NCBI GenBank assembly: GCA_012295275.1
Contig: CM022665.1
Location: forward strand, 45,012,001-45,076,000
Reading direction: 5' to 3'
Source: Chrysomallon squamiferum
Lineage: Eukaryota > Animalia > Mollusca
DNA: 64,000 bases
In this document: positions 15,594 through 32,357 of the stretch, piece after piece
Position numbering within the stretch: position 1 is the stretch's first letter
How the letters are laid out: each line of letters starts with the position of its first letter
The notes under the pieces: generated by a model
Databases searched by the model: none
What the model saw: the letters and a program-made list of their open reading frames with translations, nothing else
What the model was told of the DNA's origin: nothing
Position numbers and translations under genes: made by a program

Positions 15594-18284
15594 TTTGTAT
15601 TTCCAAATAGTTTTATTATTATTATTATAGTAATTTAGTAGTAGTAGTAGTAGTAGTAATATTTTCTCACAGAAACTATTCACGAGATAAAAAAATAAAA
15701 ACGACGACATTTCATTATGATTCTGACAAGCTTGCACATGCAGATTTAACCTCTGCGCGGTTTTACGAATCAAGATGCCAAGCAAGATGCGCACCCTGGG
15801 GACCTCGGGGTGGGGCTGCGGGCAGCCAGTGGCAGATATCGCTTGCAGGGATCTCAGTGAAGTGAAAATGCAGTGGAGAACTGCAGTGTGCCATGTAGAG
15901 AGAAATTCCAATGACAACAATCAGAGAGCTTTATCTTGATTACCTCCAAACGTGGAACAGTTGTCCATTTTACACTGTGATGTTTAAGATAAGGAGAGAC
16001 TGTAGAAAAAATACGGGTCAGAAGTCTTCTTACTTTGGTGTGCGTTAGAATTCAGGATCTCTCCTGCTCGGTGCAAACCTTCTGAGTTTGTTTTTGTTGC
16101 CGTCAAATGTTCTCGCAGACGTTTTTGGGTTAAAGTTCGAAACAGCGTTTTTTTTTTAAGAAGATATCATTATTTTATAGATAGATTGATGGATGGATGG
16201 ATGACGGATGGATGGATGGATGAATGAATGGATGGATGAATGGATGGATGGATGGATGGATGGATGGATGGATGGACGGATGGATGGATGATGAATGAAA
16301 GGACAAACAGATGGATGGGTTGATGGATGATTCATAGATAAATGGCATAACCGAATTTGGTTTTCTTGTTGTTACTGCTACTGATTCTGAATCATGCTGT
16401 TTATCTAATCTCATGCCAAGAATTACTCTGTTTCTGGAGAAGAGACTACAAATAAAAAAAACAAACAAATAAATAAACAAACAAACAAACAAATAAAAAA
16501 AGAGTGAATGAATGAAGAATAATACGAGATCTTTCAACAAAAAAAACAACACAAAAAAACCAGAGTAATTATGTAAGAATCACCAAAATGTTCGATACTT
16601 GCAACATCCAAAGACAGAAGAAACATCAAGTCGATTTACACTGTTGTTATTTAAACCCTGACAAACAAGCGATAACAGAAAAATTAATGTTCTTTCTCCC
16701 AATAACGATGTTTGTCGACGTTAAATTTTGTTTTAACAAATAATTTGTTTAGTAAAAAATTAACGAGTTTGCACCGACTGTGCGTGTCAATCATCAAAAA
16801 CAGACTTTAATTTTTTTTAATTTTCTTTTCTTTTTTTTTCAAAGAGCGTTTTTACTGGCACCGTTTAAACAAAAATATTCTTTTTCACCAATTACCCAAC
16901 GATGAAAATTTAATCAAACTACTCCAGCGGACGAGATTTTAACCAGCATCAGAAAAAAAAAAAAAAAAAAAAATTTTTTTTTTTTAAACATCATTAAACA
17001 AAAATATTCCTTTAACCGATAACCTGATAATAACAAAAATTAATCAAACGGATTCAATGAAGGAGGAAATTTTTAAGCAATTGCAGCAGAAAATTATTTT
17101 TAAAAAAATGTCGATAACTGACACGATCTGGTTATGTGTCGTCAAAGAAAAACGAATGTTTTTCGACGATGATGATGATAATGAAAAAAAAAAAATAAAA
17201 ACGAAATACAATTTAGCGAAAAAAAAACCTGACAATAAATACATTAATGAATTTGTCCTAATGGAATTGTTGAACAAACTGAAATCAAAAGCAGACGATT
17301 TTTTTGATTTTTTAAATTTTTTTATTAATTTTTTGAATTATCGATGTGTTGTCAATGTGTTGAGTTGGTATCATTAATGAAAGCTAACTTCGTGGGTTTT
17401 ATTTTTTCTGCGAAAATAAAAACAATTTCAAACCAGTAACACAACTGATAAAGATTATCAAACACAGAGCAAACTCAAAGCTCGGGATTGAAAATAAAAT
17501 AATTGTATTCTTTGCTGGTATTAATAAACAGTTTAGAGATCACATTTTTCAACAAAAATAAACTTTAACCATTAACCGAAGACAAAAATAAAAAAAAAAA
17601 AAAAAAATTATCAATCAGGAATTCGGATTTGTAAAACAAACACACCAAAGAGCCAATTATTACCGTTTTGTTTCACCGACATCCAAAAAAAAAAAATTAA
17701 AAAAAAAAAATTAATATATTTCCCCGAGTGTTGTAATGAAGTCACTGACAATTTTTCTTTCTTCTTCTTCTTCTAAATCATCTGCTTGTTCTACTTGTAT
17801 CAATAAAGGAAACGGAACTAGCATATTTTATTACGAAAATAGAAACAAAAGTAAATTGACCACCACAGTCACTGAACGTATACTCGTAATAATTTATCAA
17901 CATCTGTCAAAAAAAAAATCCACCTCTCATCATATTTTGCACCGAAGAAAATCTTTCTGATGAATATTTTTCTCTTGCCTGCATAATCTGGCTTCGACAA
18001 GTGGCGCTGCTGCTGTCATCAATCACACATCCGGGTCACAAAGACCAATCTCCCAGCTGACGAGTTCTGATAATTCCGTGGTAAAAAGTTCACAATCCAT
18101 TATCGAGTGAAAACGTCCGTGATTGCTATGGGATGTCCTAGATTGATAAAAGATGTCCTGATAAATCGCGGTGGTTTGTCCCACTTGTTTGTTTGTTTAC
18201 TTACTTACTTACTTGGCGGTGGTGTTCAAGATGGCTGCTGCGGAGTGCCCCCGCATCTCCCCCTTCCCGGTGTGTGTGTGTGGA

Positions 18285-18361
18285 GGATGTCCCATTTTCA
18301 AATCGGGTGTGTCCCAATTTCAAATCGGATGTGTCCCAAATTCAAATCGGATTGTGTCCCG
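18285..18361. repeat. ~22-bp tandem repeat (tgtcccaatttcaaatcggatg) x3.5
   Basis: Direct inspection. Confidence 0.85.
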
Positions 18362-18498
18362 GAGCGTAATGGGAAAAAAAAAAAAAGTATTGAAACTTGG
18401 CTAATTCTGTCGAAAAGTAGTTCTAGGATTATGTTATGTTATACGACTATGATTTCGATTTCAAAACTCCAAATTATTCTTTATTGTTTAATGTTGTT

Positions 18499-18539
<41 letters not shown>

Positions 18540-18612
18540 CTCTCTCTCTCTCTCTTTGTCTCTCTGTCTCTCTCTCTCTATCTATCTATCTCTATGTCTC
18601 TATCATCTATCT

Positions 18613-18656
<44 letters not shown>

Positions 18657-21600
18657 ACTCACACACTCACAAACTCACACAACACTTAAATTCTCTATTT
18701 CTCACTCTGTCTTCTCAATCCTGCTCGCGTTCACTTTTCACTCGTCTCGTTCTCTCGGCCTTTCGTCTCCCACCACTTTACCAAGAAAAGTACAACAACA
18801 ACAACGACAACGACGACGACAACAACAGCGTACTACCACCAAACGACATTAACCTCCGAGGCACGGCGAGTGAGTAGTGGAGTAGTGTTAAATGAAAATC
18901 AATGCAAACACAATATACGTAGAGGAAAACATTCAATTACCAACCAAGTTCTTCGACCAACATAATTACACAGCTCAAATAAAAGCCTTACACAAAACAG
19001 AGAAGAGGAGGTGTTTTATTATTTATTTTTATTTTTTAAATATATATTTCTCTAGAATGTTGTTTAATAATAGTGAAGACTATTAACTGGGGGTAAATAT
19101 ATATAAAAAAATATATATATAAAAAAAAAAAAAAAAAATGTTTTACCTGTGTTGAAACAGATCAATGCAGTTTTGATTTCTGCTGCGACAAACGGTTAAG
19201 GTTAATGACTTTTACAAGTACAGTTGTACTGAATTGTGGATTGTAAAATAATTTTTTCGAAAGCTGCTTAAGGTGGCATGTGCATACTATTCAGAATTCC
19301 CAATGAGATGAGATAATACTTCAGTATTTACACCTTGAAGTTAATTTCTGATTTAAAAAAAAATAAATAAAAAAAAATTAAAAATTGGCAGCGTGGATTT
19401 TTATCTAAAATATCCTTCCCTTTGGTTGCAGAAATGTTATACAAAAAGAAAAATGTTTCACCTACATTCTCGTGGACATTAAAACCTGCTCTCTCTCTCT
19501 CTCTCCCGATTCAGTGAACCTAATTACGTCGGGCAAAAGTATAAATGTCAGCCGAGAGAAACCCGGATGATTGAGTGCGTCACTGATTTCTCTCTTTTTT
19601 TTTTTTTTGTAACGATCTGCTAGTGGAACATTAAAAAGGATAACAAAAAACACTAACTGTTTCATTTATTGCTCCTTACCAGAAAAGTATCTTCTTAGTA
19701 TGCGCAATGCACACAGGCAGAGGTTTTATACGGAGATATACGGCACAAAGAAAAACAGGCAGATCCAGTGAAAAAACAAAACCACATAAACACACCCCGC
19801 CCGTAAAAAGGTGGTTTGAGACCTTCGATTCTTTGTACGAAATGGTTGGGTTTTTTTTTAAACCGGACTGCTCGGATATTAGTTTCAGTCTACAAAATAG
19901 TGGAAATTTTTTCTTCTTCTGTTTTTTTTTTTTTTTTTTTGGGGGGGGGGATTATTGAGAAGCTAATCAAACGTGTTGTTGCTCTTCGATCTCTGAAAGG
20001 TCACGAGTTAGTACAATTAATGCTTACCCAATGCTTAAACTGTGTTAATGTTGTCCTTTATGGACGCATTTTCATCCGGCGTCGGATAATTAGTCTCCTG
20101 TCTGTATAAATGTCTGCTGTATGAGGCGTAGATTGAAATTTATGTGCAAACTCGATTACAGCAGGAATTTCTGGCTACAGAAGTTTCGCTGGCGTGCAGA
20201 AGTAAAACCAAAATTACAAATATATTCAAGTGTTTACCGCAAGTTCTAAGCACTTTCTGACTCTATCCAAAAAAAAAAATGGCGATTTTAAAAGTTGGGG
20301 CGATTTCTGGCGTGGTATTTCAGTAATTCGAGTAAACAAAATGATCTATAAATAAATAAATAAATAAATGATTAAATAAATAAATAAAACCTTTCGCTTC
20401 TAATAGAAGAGAATGTTAATATAAAGCTTCTCTGTTTTGTAAAACTTTTAAAAGTTCGTTTGTCAACAAGATTTTCAAGAACTTCTGTCTTGGTAAAAAC
20501 AAAGATAAAAAAACCAAAGAATTCTTTCGAGTGTAATAAAGTGTGTAGGCCAGTTAGTGTGTTAAGTACAAGTGGGGGCGGCAGGTATATTATGTAACCT
20601 TTGCTGGTTACGATCCCAGTTTGCACCATTCTTAAAGCCAGTGATTTTACCATTTGTCCGTAGAGTTGGTTTCTCTACATGAACGGGAATACTTAATGTG
20701 GTAAAGCAAAGAGAATATTTATAATTAAAGAGTGATTGATAGTCGTTCTCTGCAAAACCAAAGGTGGACGATCGCGTTTGTCATGTACAAAATAATATTT
20801 ATCCTTGTTTGATTTGTTGTTGTAGTTGTTGTTGTTGCTTTTACAAACAGTGAGGGGAAGTAAATGAACAGTTAGCATCTCTCTCATAACTATCTTTAAA
20901 TTAAAATTGGTCAATAAAGTTGTTGGGTTTTTTCTCGTTTTATCCAAGAAAGGAGAGACTCGAACAGAATATGAAAGAAAAACTTATCTCGTTTCATCTG
21001 ATCAGTATTAAAATACACTTCAAATTATGTCAAACATTTATCATTTCCTTCTTTTTTTTTTATAAATATTATCATCATCATTAATACTACTACCACTTCT
21101 ACTATTACAGCTACTACTCCGTCTGCTACTGCTATCGTGATTTTTATTGTTTTGTATCATTATTATCGTTATCCTCTTAACTTTTATCTGTTTTCTTCTT
21201 CTTCTTTTTTTTTATTATTATTACTATTATAGTTTTCAATTACATCAACGATTGATGTTAAACGTTATGACGTGTGGATGCAACCCATGAAATTAACGAA
21301 GGTAAAAAAAAAAAAATAATAATAATATTAAATGAAGTCCCGCGAGAACACGCGAGAAAATTACGACCTCGATGAGCAATCGAGACATCAAACTCGACAG
21401 ACGTCGTCTTTCGTTTGATGCACACGGTATGAGGAAGCTGTAAAAAGAAAAATGCGCGCGCGCAATAAAACATTCACTTGGAATCAAAGACCGATTTGAA
21501 AATCAGTTTATCATCAGTTTTGACAATTTTCCAATTACGCGCGCGGGGCTGCTCTTCGCAAAGTCAAATTGATCCGCTAATAAGGGCAGATAAGTCTGCG

Positions 21601-22869
21601 CTTTTGATTGCTGGCTTTTTGGTAATGTCGTCACAAAAAACCCATTAAGACCGAGTCGGTGGGGTTTAAAAAAAAAAAGAAATTTGACGCCGGTCGTAGA
21701 AAAACAACGGTTTAACTTTACGCTGTTTTTTTAGCCGACTCATTTAGCCTCTTGCTGCATGTAATTTACACATCAAATAGCCTACAAGCTTCACAATGCG
21801 GCTGTTAAAACTGAAAGCGGGTCATTTCATTATCTTCGAGAAGAGAATGATCTGCCATCAGATGTTATGTCTGGATGACGTTATGTCACGCCTTGTCACT
21901 TCCTTTTACTCTTGTAAAATGCTCTCTGACGTCAGAGGTGAATCTTATATTTTGTTACCCGTGAAAAATAAAAATGTTTAAGGATTAAGCGTATTCTATT
22001 TATCTTTTTTAAATTACTTTTTTTTTTTCTCGCTTCTTCTTATTATTTTCCCTTTTACATTATTTCTTCTTCTATTTTCTTTTTTTTTTTTTTTTTTCTC
22101 TCTAATAAAACACGTTTATATTTATACATCATTTTCTTAGAAATGACATTTTCTAAAAAGCTTTAAGGCGTAAAAAAAAAAAATTAGAAAACAGAATCGA
22201 ATTACCAGTTTGAATTTCTTTCTTTGGGAAAGAACTTTACGCATAGAAATAAAAAGAAATTTAAACAAATTTTTTTTTTATATATATATTTTTTTTTATA
22301 TATTGATATTATTTCGATAATGCTGTTAATGAGAGGGTTGGACCTGATTAGCATAGCATTTCCTGTTCCAACCTTAAGGGACTGGAATAGTTTATATCGC
22401 TTTCCTGTAGACCTTTTGCCCTAGGAACGACAAATGGCAAGGTCTTGTGTATTGTTTTATATTAAATGATCTAGCAGATAAAATCATCATGTTACTTACA
22501 GAAGTTTGGTTGATTTACTAATGGTGAAGATGAAGAAACCCAAATCAGAAAATTACTGACATGGGTAACTTCAAAAAATATTTTTTAAAAATCTAGTTCG
22601 TTTAATCCCCACAGGCGTGTTGTATGTTTTTTAACAAATTTTATTAAATCAAGTGATTAATTTATACTTAAATTAGTTTATTAAACCAGCTACATCTAAC
22701 AGATTAAATTTACAATATCTCTTGTTGTCGCTGTTGTTGTTGTTGTTGTTGTTGTTACTATTGCTGTAGATGCTGTTCCTGTAGTTTTTTTTTTTCCCCA
22801 TCTGTTTCAAAATCTTATTATCGTTTATTTTCCCCGTATAGTTCGCATGAATAAGAATAACAATTTGAG

Positions 22870-22895
22870 ATATGGTCATTAAATATTGCCTTCAT

Positions 22896-22934
<39 letters not shown>

Positions 22935-23101
22935 AAAACACACACACACACCAATCAAAAACCTAAAAACACAAAAGAAACAGATACTTAAATAAACACA
23001 CACACACACTCACCAATCAAAAACCTAAAAACCAATTTCTGTATTTCTTCTTTTTCTCGCTATTGACAAAAGAAATTCAGATATGGTCCTTAAATATAGT
23101 C

Positions 23102-23183
<82 letters not shown>

Positions 23184-23274
23184 CACCAATCAAAAACCTA
23201 AAAACAAATTTCTGTATTTCTTCTTTTTCTTGCATATTGACAAAGAAATTCAGACATAGTTCTTAAATATAGTC

Positions 23275-23324
<50 letters not shown>

Positions 23325-23350
23325 CACCTCTAAAAACTCAATTTCTGCGC
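22870..23350. repeat. ~190-bp tandem duplication (about 3 units) each with an embedded (CA)n
   Basis: Repeated taaatatagtcttcacacac...accaatcaaaaacctaaaaac...ttctgtatttcttctttttct. Confidence 0.8.
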
Positions 23351-23713
23351 TATCTTCGTTTTCTCGAATATCGACGAACTAATTCGCATGCGCCCCCCGG
23401 AAGCCGTATACAATGAGCGATGTGTCGAGGATCGGGTCTCGCCGCCCAGTTAGCACACTTTCCACGTGTTGTGCATTGTGAAAGACGAGACCTGAAGAGA
23501 GAAAAAAGTTAACAGCGTAATTTGACGCTGTCCGTGCCTCGGAGGTCGTCCCACTGTTCCATATTTCACGTCGACTGCTTGTAACGAGGCGTTTCGGGTC
23601 TTTACGTTTTTGGCGCGTTTGTAACGCTGCACGTACGTGATTTACGAAGCGCCGAGGTCCGGCGCGTATATTTCCGCGCACGTAATAACGAAAAAAAAAA
23701 AATCGGTTGTTTG

Positions 23714-23750
<37 letters not shown>

Positions 23751-23964
23751 CGAGAGAACGGTTGATTAGTTAGCTTGGCTGGCTGTTTCTCCGAGAACAG
23801 AGGAGGACGGAAAGGGTATGTCGTTAGAAGAAAGAAAGAAATAAAAATGTCTCTGTAAAAACAAATTGATTCGCACGAGTCGAAACGCTGTGTTCACAAG
23901 TTCGAGCAATTTAAAGTCAACTCTGACCCACGCTGGCTCTGAATCTTTGTTCCTTTCCGTTATC

Positions 23965-24000
<36 letters not shown>

Positions 24001-24355
24001 TTTTATTCCTCACGTTGTGTGTTCCTTTCATTAATTATTTCTGTGTATTTCTGTCTCTGACTCTCTATCTATTTTTAAGCCTGTCTATAAATCTATAGGT
24101 CTAATCTATCTACCTGAATATCTATATATCTTTCTCTGTGTGTGTGTGTATCTATCTCTCTATTTATCTCTATTTATCTATCTTTCTGTCTATCTATCTA
24201 TATTTATCTATCTTTCTGTCTATCTATATCCATCTGTCTACCTATCAATCTATATCTGTCTATCTGTCTATCTATCTGTCTGTCTATCTTTCTATATTTA
24301 TCTATCTGTCTATTAGTCTCTATTTGATGTCTTTTTGTCTATTTCCATACATCCA

Positions 24356-24466
<111 letters not shown>

Positions 24467-24509
24467 CTGTATTTGTCTCTTTTTCTTTCTCTTTGTCTCT
24501 ATTGTCTCA

Positions 24510-24574
<65 letters not shown>

Positions 24575-24579
24575 TCCAC

Positions 24580-24625
<46 letters not shown>

Positions 24626-25328
24626 CTATGCTTTTTCTAACTTTCAGTTTGTTTCCCTATATAGTTGGGTTTTTTTTTTTCCACTCTTTTGTCGGTGCTA
24701 TTATAATATTACGCGCCTTGCAAACACGCAGAGAACTGAAAACATTCAAAAGCGATTTACTTTTTTTTCTAAACTGACAAATCCATTTCGTGGACGTTTG
24801 AACACAATTACTGAACAAAGTCTTCGTAAATATTAAAACAATTTCTTTTTTTTTATCTTTTTTTTTTAATTTGCTGTTTTTAACCTTCGTTTTGACGATT
24901 ATTTGTGTTAAATTAGGAATAAAATGTTTATTTTGCAGCATCATTTTTTTTTTTCATGGTCGAAAACTTCTTTTTTTTTCATGACATTTTTTTTAAAATC
25001 ATTTTTGTCTTGTTTCTGTTCGTATCTATGGAGTTAAAATCTGACGTGTTGGAAACATGAAGATTTAATTCATTGAACGAGGTTCTCAGCACATTTTTAA
25101 GCTACAGTTATATCACATCACAAATACAGTTAATGCTTGCAGAAATAATTATACAGCATTCTGTAGTAGCCTTTAAATGATCTACTCTTTTTTTTCTCTT
25201 TTTTTTAAAAACTTTCTATTTTTATTTTAATTTTATTTTATTTTATTTTATTTTTTTTATTTTTATTTTTATTTTTATTTTTATTTTTTATTTTTTTTAT
25301 TTACTTTTCATTTTTATTTTTATTATTA

Positions 25329-25362
<34 letters not shown>

Positions 25363-26169
25363 TATTTATTAAACTTTTTTTATTATTATTTACTTTTTAT
25401 TTTTTTTTTTTTTTTTTATTATTATTATTTATTTATTTAACTTTTTTTTTTTTTTTTTTGCCATTAGTAGCTAGACATTTTCTACATAACATCCTCCAAT
25501 GTACTGGAAACACAAAAACAATTACATCTAATACATTTGTAAATTTGATCGAAACGGAAATAACACAAGAATCGATCTCGCTATCCGTCGCATATAAAGC
25601 CAGTGTTCCAGAGACGATTCATAAACATTTAACTGCAATTACTTCTTCAGACTATTATTTAAAAAAAAAAAAAAAAATTAAAATAAGAAATCCGAGAGGG
25701 AAAAACTATTTTAATACTGCTTGCTATGTATATTTCAACTGAAACTGACAAGAAACTGATATGTTATAAATTGTGATTAATTTGAAAACGACGGTTAAAT
25801 CGACATATTATGTATTTGAAATGAACATGTGAAATAAACAAGGAAAAGATATTGGCAAGATGTCACATATCGGAAATCAAACACGTCATTGGATCCTCGT
25901 GAACGCAGAAAGTTACGTGATCTAATAATATTGAGATTTTTATTTATTTTATTTTATTTTATTTTATTTTGTTTTGTTTCACTTATTTCACCCGAGATGA
26001 ATATAATTTGAAAAAATAATAATAAAGACCATGATGATGATAATAAATGAATAATATGATAATAACAACAACAACAATAATAATAATAACAAATTAAAAA
26101 AAGGAAATAATATACAACTATTACTATTACTATTACTGCTACTACTACTACTAGTACTACTATTCCTAA

Positions 26170-26625
<456 letters not shown>

Positions 26626-28635
26626 TGAAATAAAGTATGAGAAAGAAAACACGAGAGATAAAAAAAGAACAGTAATAACTGAGTGTGAATTGATGAGATC
26701 AAAGATTGGTGTATCTACGTGTCTGTTTACTACACAAAACTAAATATAACTATAAACCACGGTATTAACCGTCAGCTTTTCCGCGTGTTGAAAGGAAAAC
26801 AGTAATTACACGTCTAAAACCTGAATACGAAGGTATCGGACTTTGACGAAGTTGACGTCGTTACACATGGCTGGATTTAATCACGTCGGTGTTGTCGCTG
26901 ACGTAGGCAGTCGCAGTCGCTGCTGCTTTGTTGCCGTTGATTGGAAACCGGACGCCGTGAGCCGTGAAACGTGACTGCGACACATTTACCGGGATGCCGT
27001 GTACACAGTCTTTTGTGACTTTTTGTGAATGCGTCCAATTTACTTGACCTTTTGAAAAACATAATAAATAGAAGGAAAAAAATTACGAGTTATAAAAGTA
27101 AGTCGTCGTGGTTCAGCTGACACAGCGGTTGTTGACAGAAATCTGTGGTTTAGTTGGAGGTCGTCACCACGATTGTAATTCTTATTTATATATATATATA
27201 TATATTATATTTATTTTTTGAAAACTGAGCCCAAAGTGCATACGACATCTTCTCAAATTTGTTAACCCACTATTACTAGACTGGGATACTTAGTTTTCAC
27301 TATGAACCACTTGTGTTAACAGAATGTATATATATAACCGTGTCCACTGCTGGCGTGCTTAAACAATTTTATTATAGACGATCCATTTGTATACCCGAGC
27401 TAACATTTACATTAACCATATACGGAACACCTTGTCTTAGCAATGAACGATATGTATCTCTGTTGGTGAATTACATATTGTGTCTGAGTTATTGTGCATA
27501 GTTATTAAAGTGTATAAACAGTATCGTTACTTTGTATCGGAGATTCTGTTATAATAACTGCATCGAATGTTTATAATCAAAGATTGTGTTGCTTCGTTTT
27601 TGCACCTGTCCATTACAAGCACTTCTGTAATAATCCTTTTACTTGTCTTTGTTAAATACTAAATGTGATTCTGGGAGACTAAAACATAAAATCTTGATTT
27701 CATGGTAATTCTAATGTTGAAGAAGAACAAAAAAAAGAAAGAAACAACGATAGGAGCAGCAACATCAACAGTAACAACAGAGGGAAAACTGCACCAACGA
27801 CAGCAGCAACAACATCAACAGCAATAAGATCGACAATAACTCAACAGCAAAAATGCAACAATGACAATAACGCAACAGCAAAAATGCAACAACGACAGCA
27901 ATGTCAGCAGTAATAAAAAACAAAACAAACAACAACACCAAAACGACAACATAGACTGCAGCAGTTTTATCAAACGTAACAACAGCAACAACAGCAACAG
28001 CACAACATTAACGACGGCAGCAGCAACTACGTCAACACTAATAAACTCAACATCATAGCATAATAAAACCAACTACATAATACTGCAGAAACTACAAACT
28101 GCAGTGATGACATGCAGTGACATCACAAACGCCAGTGTAATAAAGAAAAGAAAAGAAAAGAAAAAAATCGTCCCACTACAAAAACAGTTAAATAATAAGA
28201 GGCCTGGTATAGGAACTGAACAAATAAAGCACTGTGCACCACACAAGTCATAACAGTCCCACAGACGTCTTCAAAATACCTCAGACATTTTTTTTTTTTT
28301 TAATTTATTATTTATTCACTGCATCTGAAGCAAAGCATGGGAAAATATTTTACACTGACGCATGCACGCCCGGTCTTGCTCTTGACTGATTTGTGTAAAC
28401 AGCATCGATGTCTTTTCAAAAAGGAATAAAGGACTCGGATTCGGTACGAAAGACAGGTTGAGAGCTGTTCACAAAGGGTCGTTTTTTTTTATCTGATGTG
28501 AAAAGGGTGTCGTAATAATAATATAAAAAAAAATAAAAAATAAAAAAATAATATGAATATCCGTGTACGTTGTTCAGCAAGAAAATATAATGGAAGAATT
28601 CAGTCTTGTTTCGTTTTCTTTCTTTTTCGTTTTTC

Positions 28636-28679
<44 letters not shown>

Positions 28680-29240
28680 GTTTTCACTCTATTATTATTT
28701 TGTTTTTTTTTTTTTTGTTTTCATTATTATTATTATTATTATTTTTTTTTTTTTCATGATTATTATTTTTATTATTATTATTACTGATATTATTAATAGA
28801 GTTATAACATCATATATAATAATTAAAAAAAAAAAAAGAAATTCAAGCTGCGTGGGAAATTTTAAAGTGTCAACGAAGACAAGTTGTTGTGTAGTATGTT
28901 TCTTCTGAGCAAACTCAGCACAGTGTTAGTGTTAGTAGGTTAGAGAGTTAGCTCTCCAGTATAGCCCGTTCCAGACAGGGCTTTCAAATGCTGTGAGTTT
29001 TTACTTCATTTTATTTTATTTCTTTTTTTGTTTGTTTGTTTGCTGGTTGATTATTTTGTTGTTTTTTGTTTGTTTGTTTGTCTGCATGTCTGTCTATTTA
29101 TCTGTCTATCTATTCATATATTTATTTCTCTATAGCTCTATTCATTTGTTTCTTTGTTATAAATGTCTTGTTATGACAACATACTCTGACGGTTAGGTTA
29201 AGAAAAAAGAAGAAAAAGAAAAGAAAAAACTCTAATGTCA

Positions 29241-29271
<31 letters not shown>

Positions 29272-30092
29272 TATTCAATTAAAAAATTAAAAATTGCAAT
29301 ATCGAAAAGCCGATGATATAAAATTAACCAAAAGGTGTTACAAAAATATCCTTAAAGAAATGTTTTAAAGACAAAATCACACGAGTGGATTTTAATCAAC
29401 CTGTTCTACCCGTGACACTGATCAAATGTTTGATAATGAACAATCGATGATAAAACAATTCATTAATGTGTTCTAATGAAATCACTGAATAAACAGAATA
29501 ATAAAAATAATAACGATAAACAGAAACAGCAGCAACAACAACAACAGTAACAACAACAATAATAATAATAACAACAACAATAATAATAATAATAATAAAA
29601 ATAATAATAATACTAATAATAAACAATAATAATAATAATAATAAACAATAATAATAATAATAATAATAATAAACAGTAATAATAATGATGATGATGATAA
29701 TGATGATAAATTAATAATAATAATAATAACACCGATAATAATAATAATAATAATAATAATAAACTAATAATAATAAAAACACTTAAAATGATAATAATAA
29801 GGAAATAACAACAATAACAACAACAACACAATAATAATCAATACCTTCTAAAGGTACCGTTATAAAAAAAAAAAAAAAAAACTTCAAAAGAAGCTTTAAT
29901 CTAGTATAAGAACTGTACAGGCACATTTGTGTTCGACTTTTATTAAATAACGTCAAACTCTCTTTGCGTGTCTCAGAACGTCATATCAACACAACGTGTT
30001 TACTTTGTGTTCTTAAATATATTTACTTATCGGCATATTCTCTTTTCACCTAACAGCGAGGAGATCTTTTTATTATTATTATTATGATGATG

Positions 30093-30145
<53 letters not shown>

Positions 30146-30192
30146 AGCGCTGGATATGCACGTTTTAACCCCACAATAATATAAAAAAATGT

Positions 30193-30223
<31 letters not shown>

Positions 30224-30714
30224 TACCATTCACCCACCAATGAAAGAATCGTTGTTTACCCGTTCGGGGTTAACCCGCCGCGGTGCATTCTGGGAAATAA
30301 AGATCAGCCGAGCTCGGATATCGAACGAAACGGGTGGATCGTTTTTAGCAGTATGACGAATGAACACATGGGGTAGATCGCTTTACACCCGCTACAGGTC
30401 TGCACGGGAACACACGATATCTGTTTTATTTTAGTTTTAATTTTAAAAAAGCGTGTTTGTGTCGCACCATTTTCGTGTTTCTGACTGGATAAGGAGTGGT
30501 TTTATGTGTTTTATTTCTCTCAAAGTTTCCTGAGTGTTGTTTTCTTCTGTTTGTTTTTTGTTTTTTCTTCGGGATAGAGGATTTACTATGTGAACAAAAA
30601 TGATGAAAAGGTAAGAAGAAATGTTTATAAGTTTGTTGGGTTTTTTAAAAAAAGTTATTGGGTGTTTGTGGGTTTTTAAAAAAAAAAAAAAATGTTGGAG
30701 TATATACAGAAATT

Positions 30715-30749
<35 letters not shown>

Positions 30750-30780
30750 GTATGTGTATATGTATATATATGTATATGTA

Positions 30781-30885
<105 letters not shown>

Positions 30886-31575
30886 GTATGTATGTATGTA
30901 TAAGTATGTATAATGTATGTATTAATGTATGTATGTAATAACCATATGTCTATACGTAAATTAACAAGGACGACACATTAACCGTTGAATTAGAACTGAA
31001 ACAGTAGATATTTCAGTGAATAAGCATAATACATTATTTATTACATATTAAAATCAGTCTTTAAACAAAATCAATAATAACGTCAATTATTTTTTTGGAA
31101 TTTTGTTTGTTCTACAGTCGATATTTCTATTTTTTTCTATTTTTTTTTATTATTATTGTTGTCGTCGTCGTTGTTGTTTAAACTGGTTTGTAAGACTGTT
31201 CAGAAAACAAGCTCGACACTGTGGAATGTCGTTGCGGTATTTGTGGTGGTTGTTGTCGTGCTTCTGATGGTGTTGTTGTTATTCATAGACTGTTATCTAG
31301 GCAGTTTCATCATTGTTAAGTAAGCTAATTTTCTAACAGTCACCAAAGTCTGTCGGGTTTTTTAAAAATTATTTACTGTGTCTGATGACAAAGACTGCAA
31401 TAGTCATGGAGGTAGTTAGTAATAGTAACTGTAGTAGTGGGCGTGGCAGCGATAGTGAACGTTTTGTGATGTGGTAATAGTTATTGTTGTGAAAATCGCG
31501 ATAGTTGTTTCGATGGTAAAAGTTATTAAGCTGGTGGTAATAGTGATGGTTCTAATAATAGTACTGGCTTTTAAA

Positions 31576-31578
<3 letters not shown>

Positions 31579-31619
<41 letters not shown>

Positions 31620-31665
31620 GTGTGTGTTTGTGTGTGTGTGTGTGCGTGTGTGTGTGTGTGTGTGA

Positions 31666-31697
<32 letters not shown>

Positions 31698-31737
31698 TTG
31701 TGTGTGTGTGTGAGTGTATATGTGTGTGTGTGTGTGA

Positions 31738-31834
<97 letters not shown>

Positions 31835-31851
31835 TATGTGTGTGTGCGTGT
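31579..31851. repeat. (GT)n microsatellite
   Basis: Direct inspection. Confidence 0.95.
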
Positions 31852-32357
31852 CTAATTCAAAATGTACTTTTCTGATTGTTTTCCATGCGTACTTTACTAA
31901 TCGAAAAATTCGATCTAGGATTAAATGAAACAATTCACAAACACACAAGCCGGAAATCTCGGTGCAAGACAAACAGCGGCAACAACAACATCAACAACAA
32001 CAACAGCAGTAATAATAATAAAACAAAAAACAACAAAAAAAACCCACACAATAATAACACTATCAGTTTGTGCAACAAGACAAAAAGGAACAAAAAAAAA
32101 AAAAAAAAAAAAAAGAAAAAAGAACAAACAACCACTAAAATTGTTATCGATAAAACCCAGCGAAGCGATTTGACCGATTGCATCGATTAAATCGATAACG
32201 GCGCACTATTACAACTAATTCAGTCTGCTCTTTGTTCTGCGGTGGGGGAAAAACAAAACAAGTGCTGTTCTCAAAACCACATCGACCTAAATACGACTGT
32301 GATGATATTTAATATGTACGGATATTGTTAGCCTATAAACAAAACAAACTGACTCCT

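Noticed and set aside
17057-17377. 106-aa K/F/D-rich ORF
   Set aside because: Built from A/T homopolymers and degenerate AT-rich repeats, with no recognisable motif
23379-23681. 100-aa minus-strand ORF in a CpG-rich island
   Set aside because: Non-ATG start, no recognisable domain and no splice support; better explained as regulatory DNA
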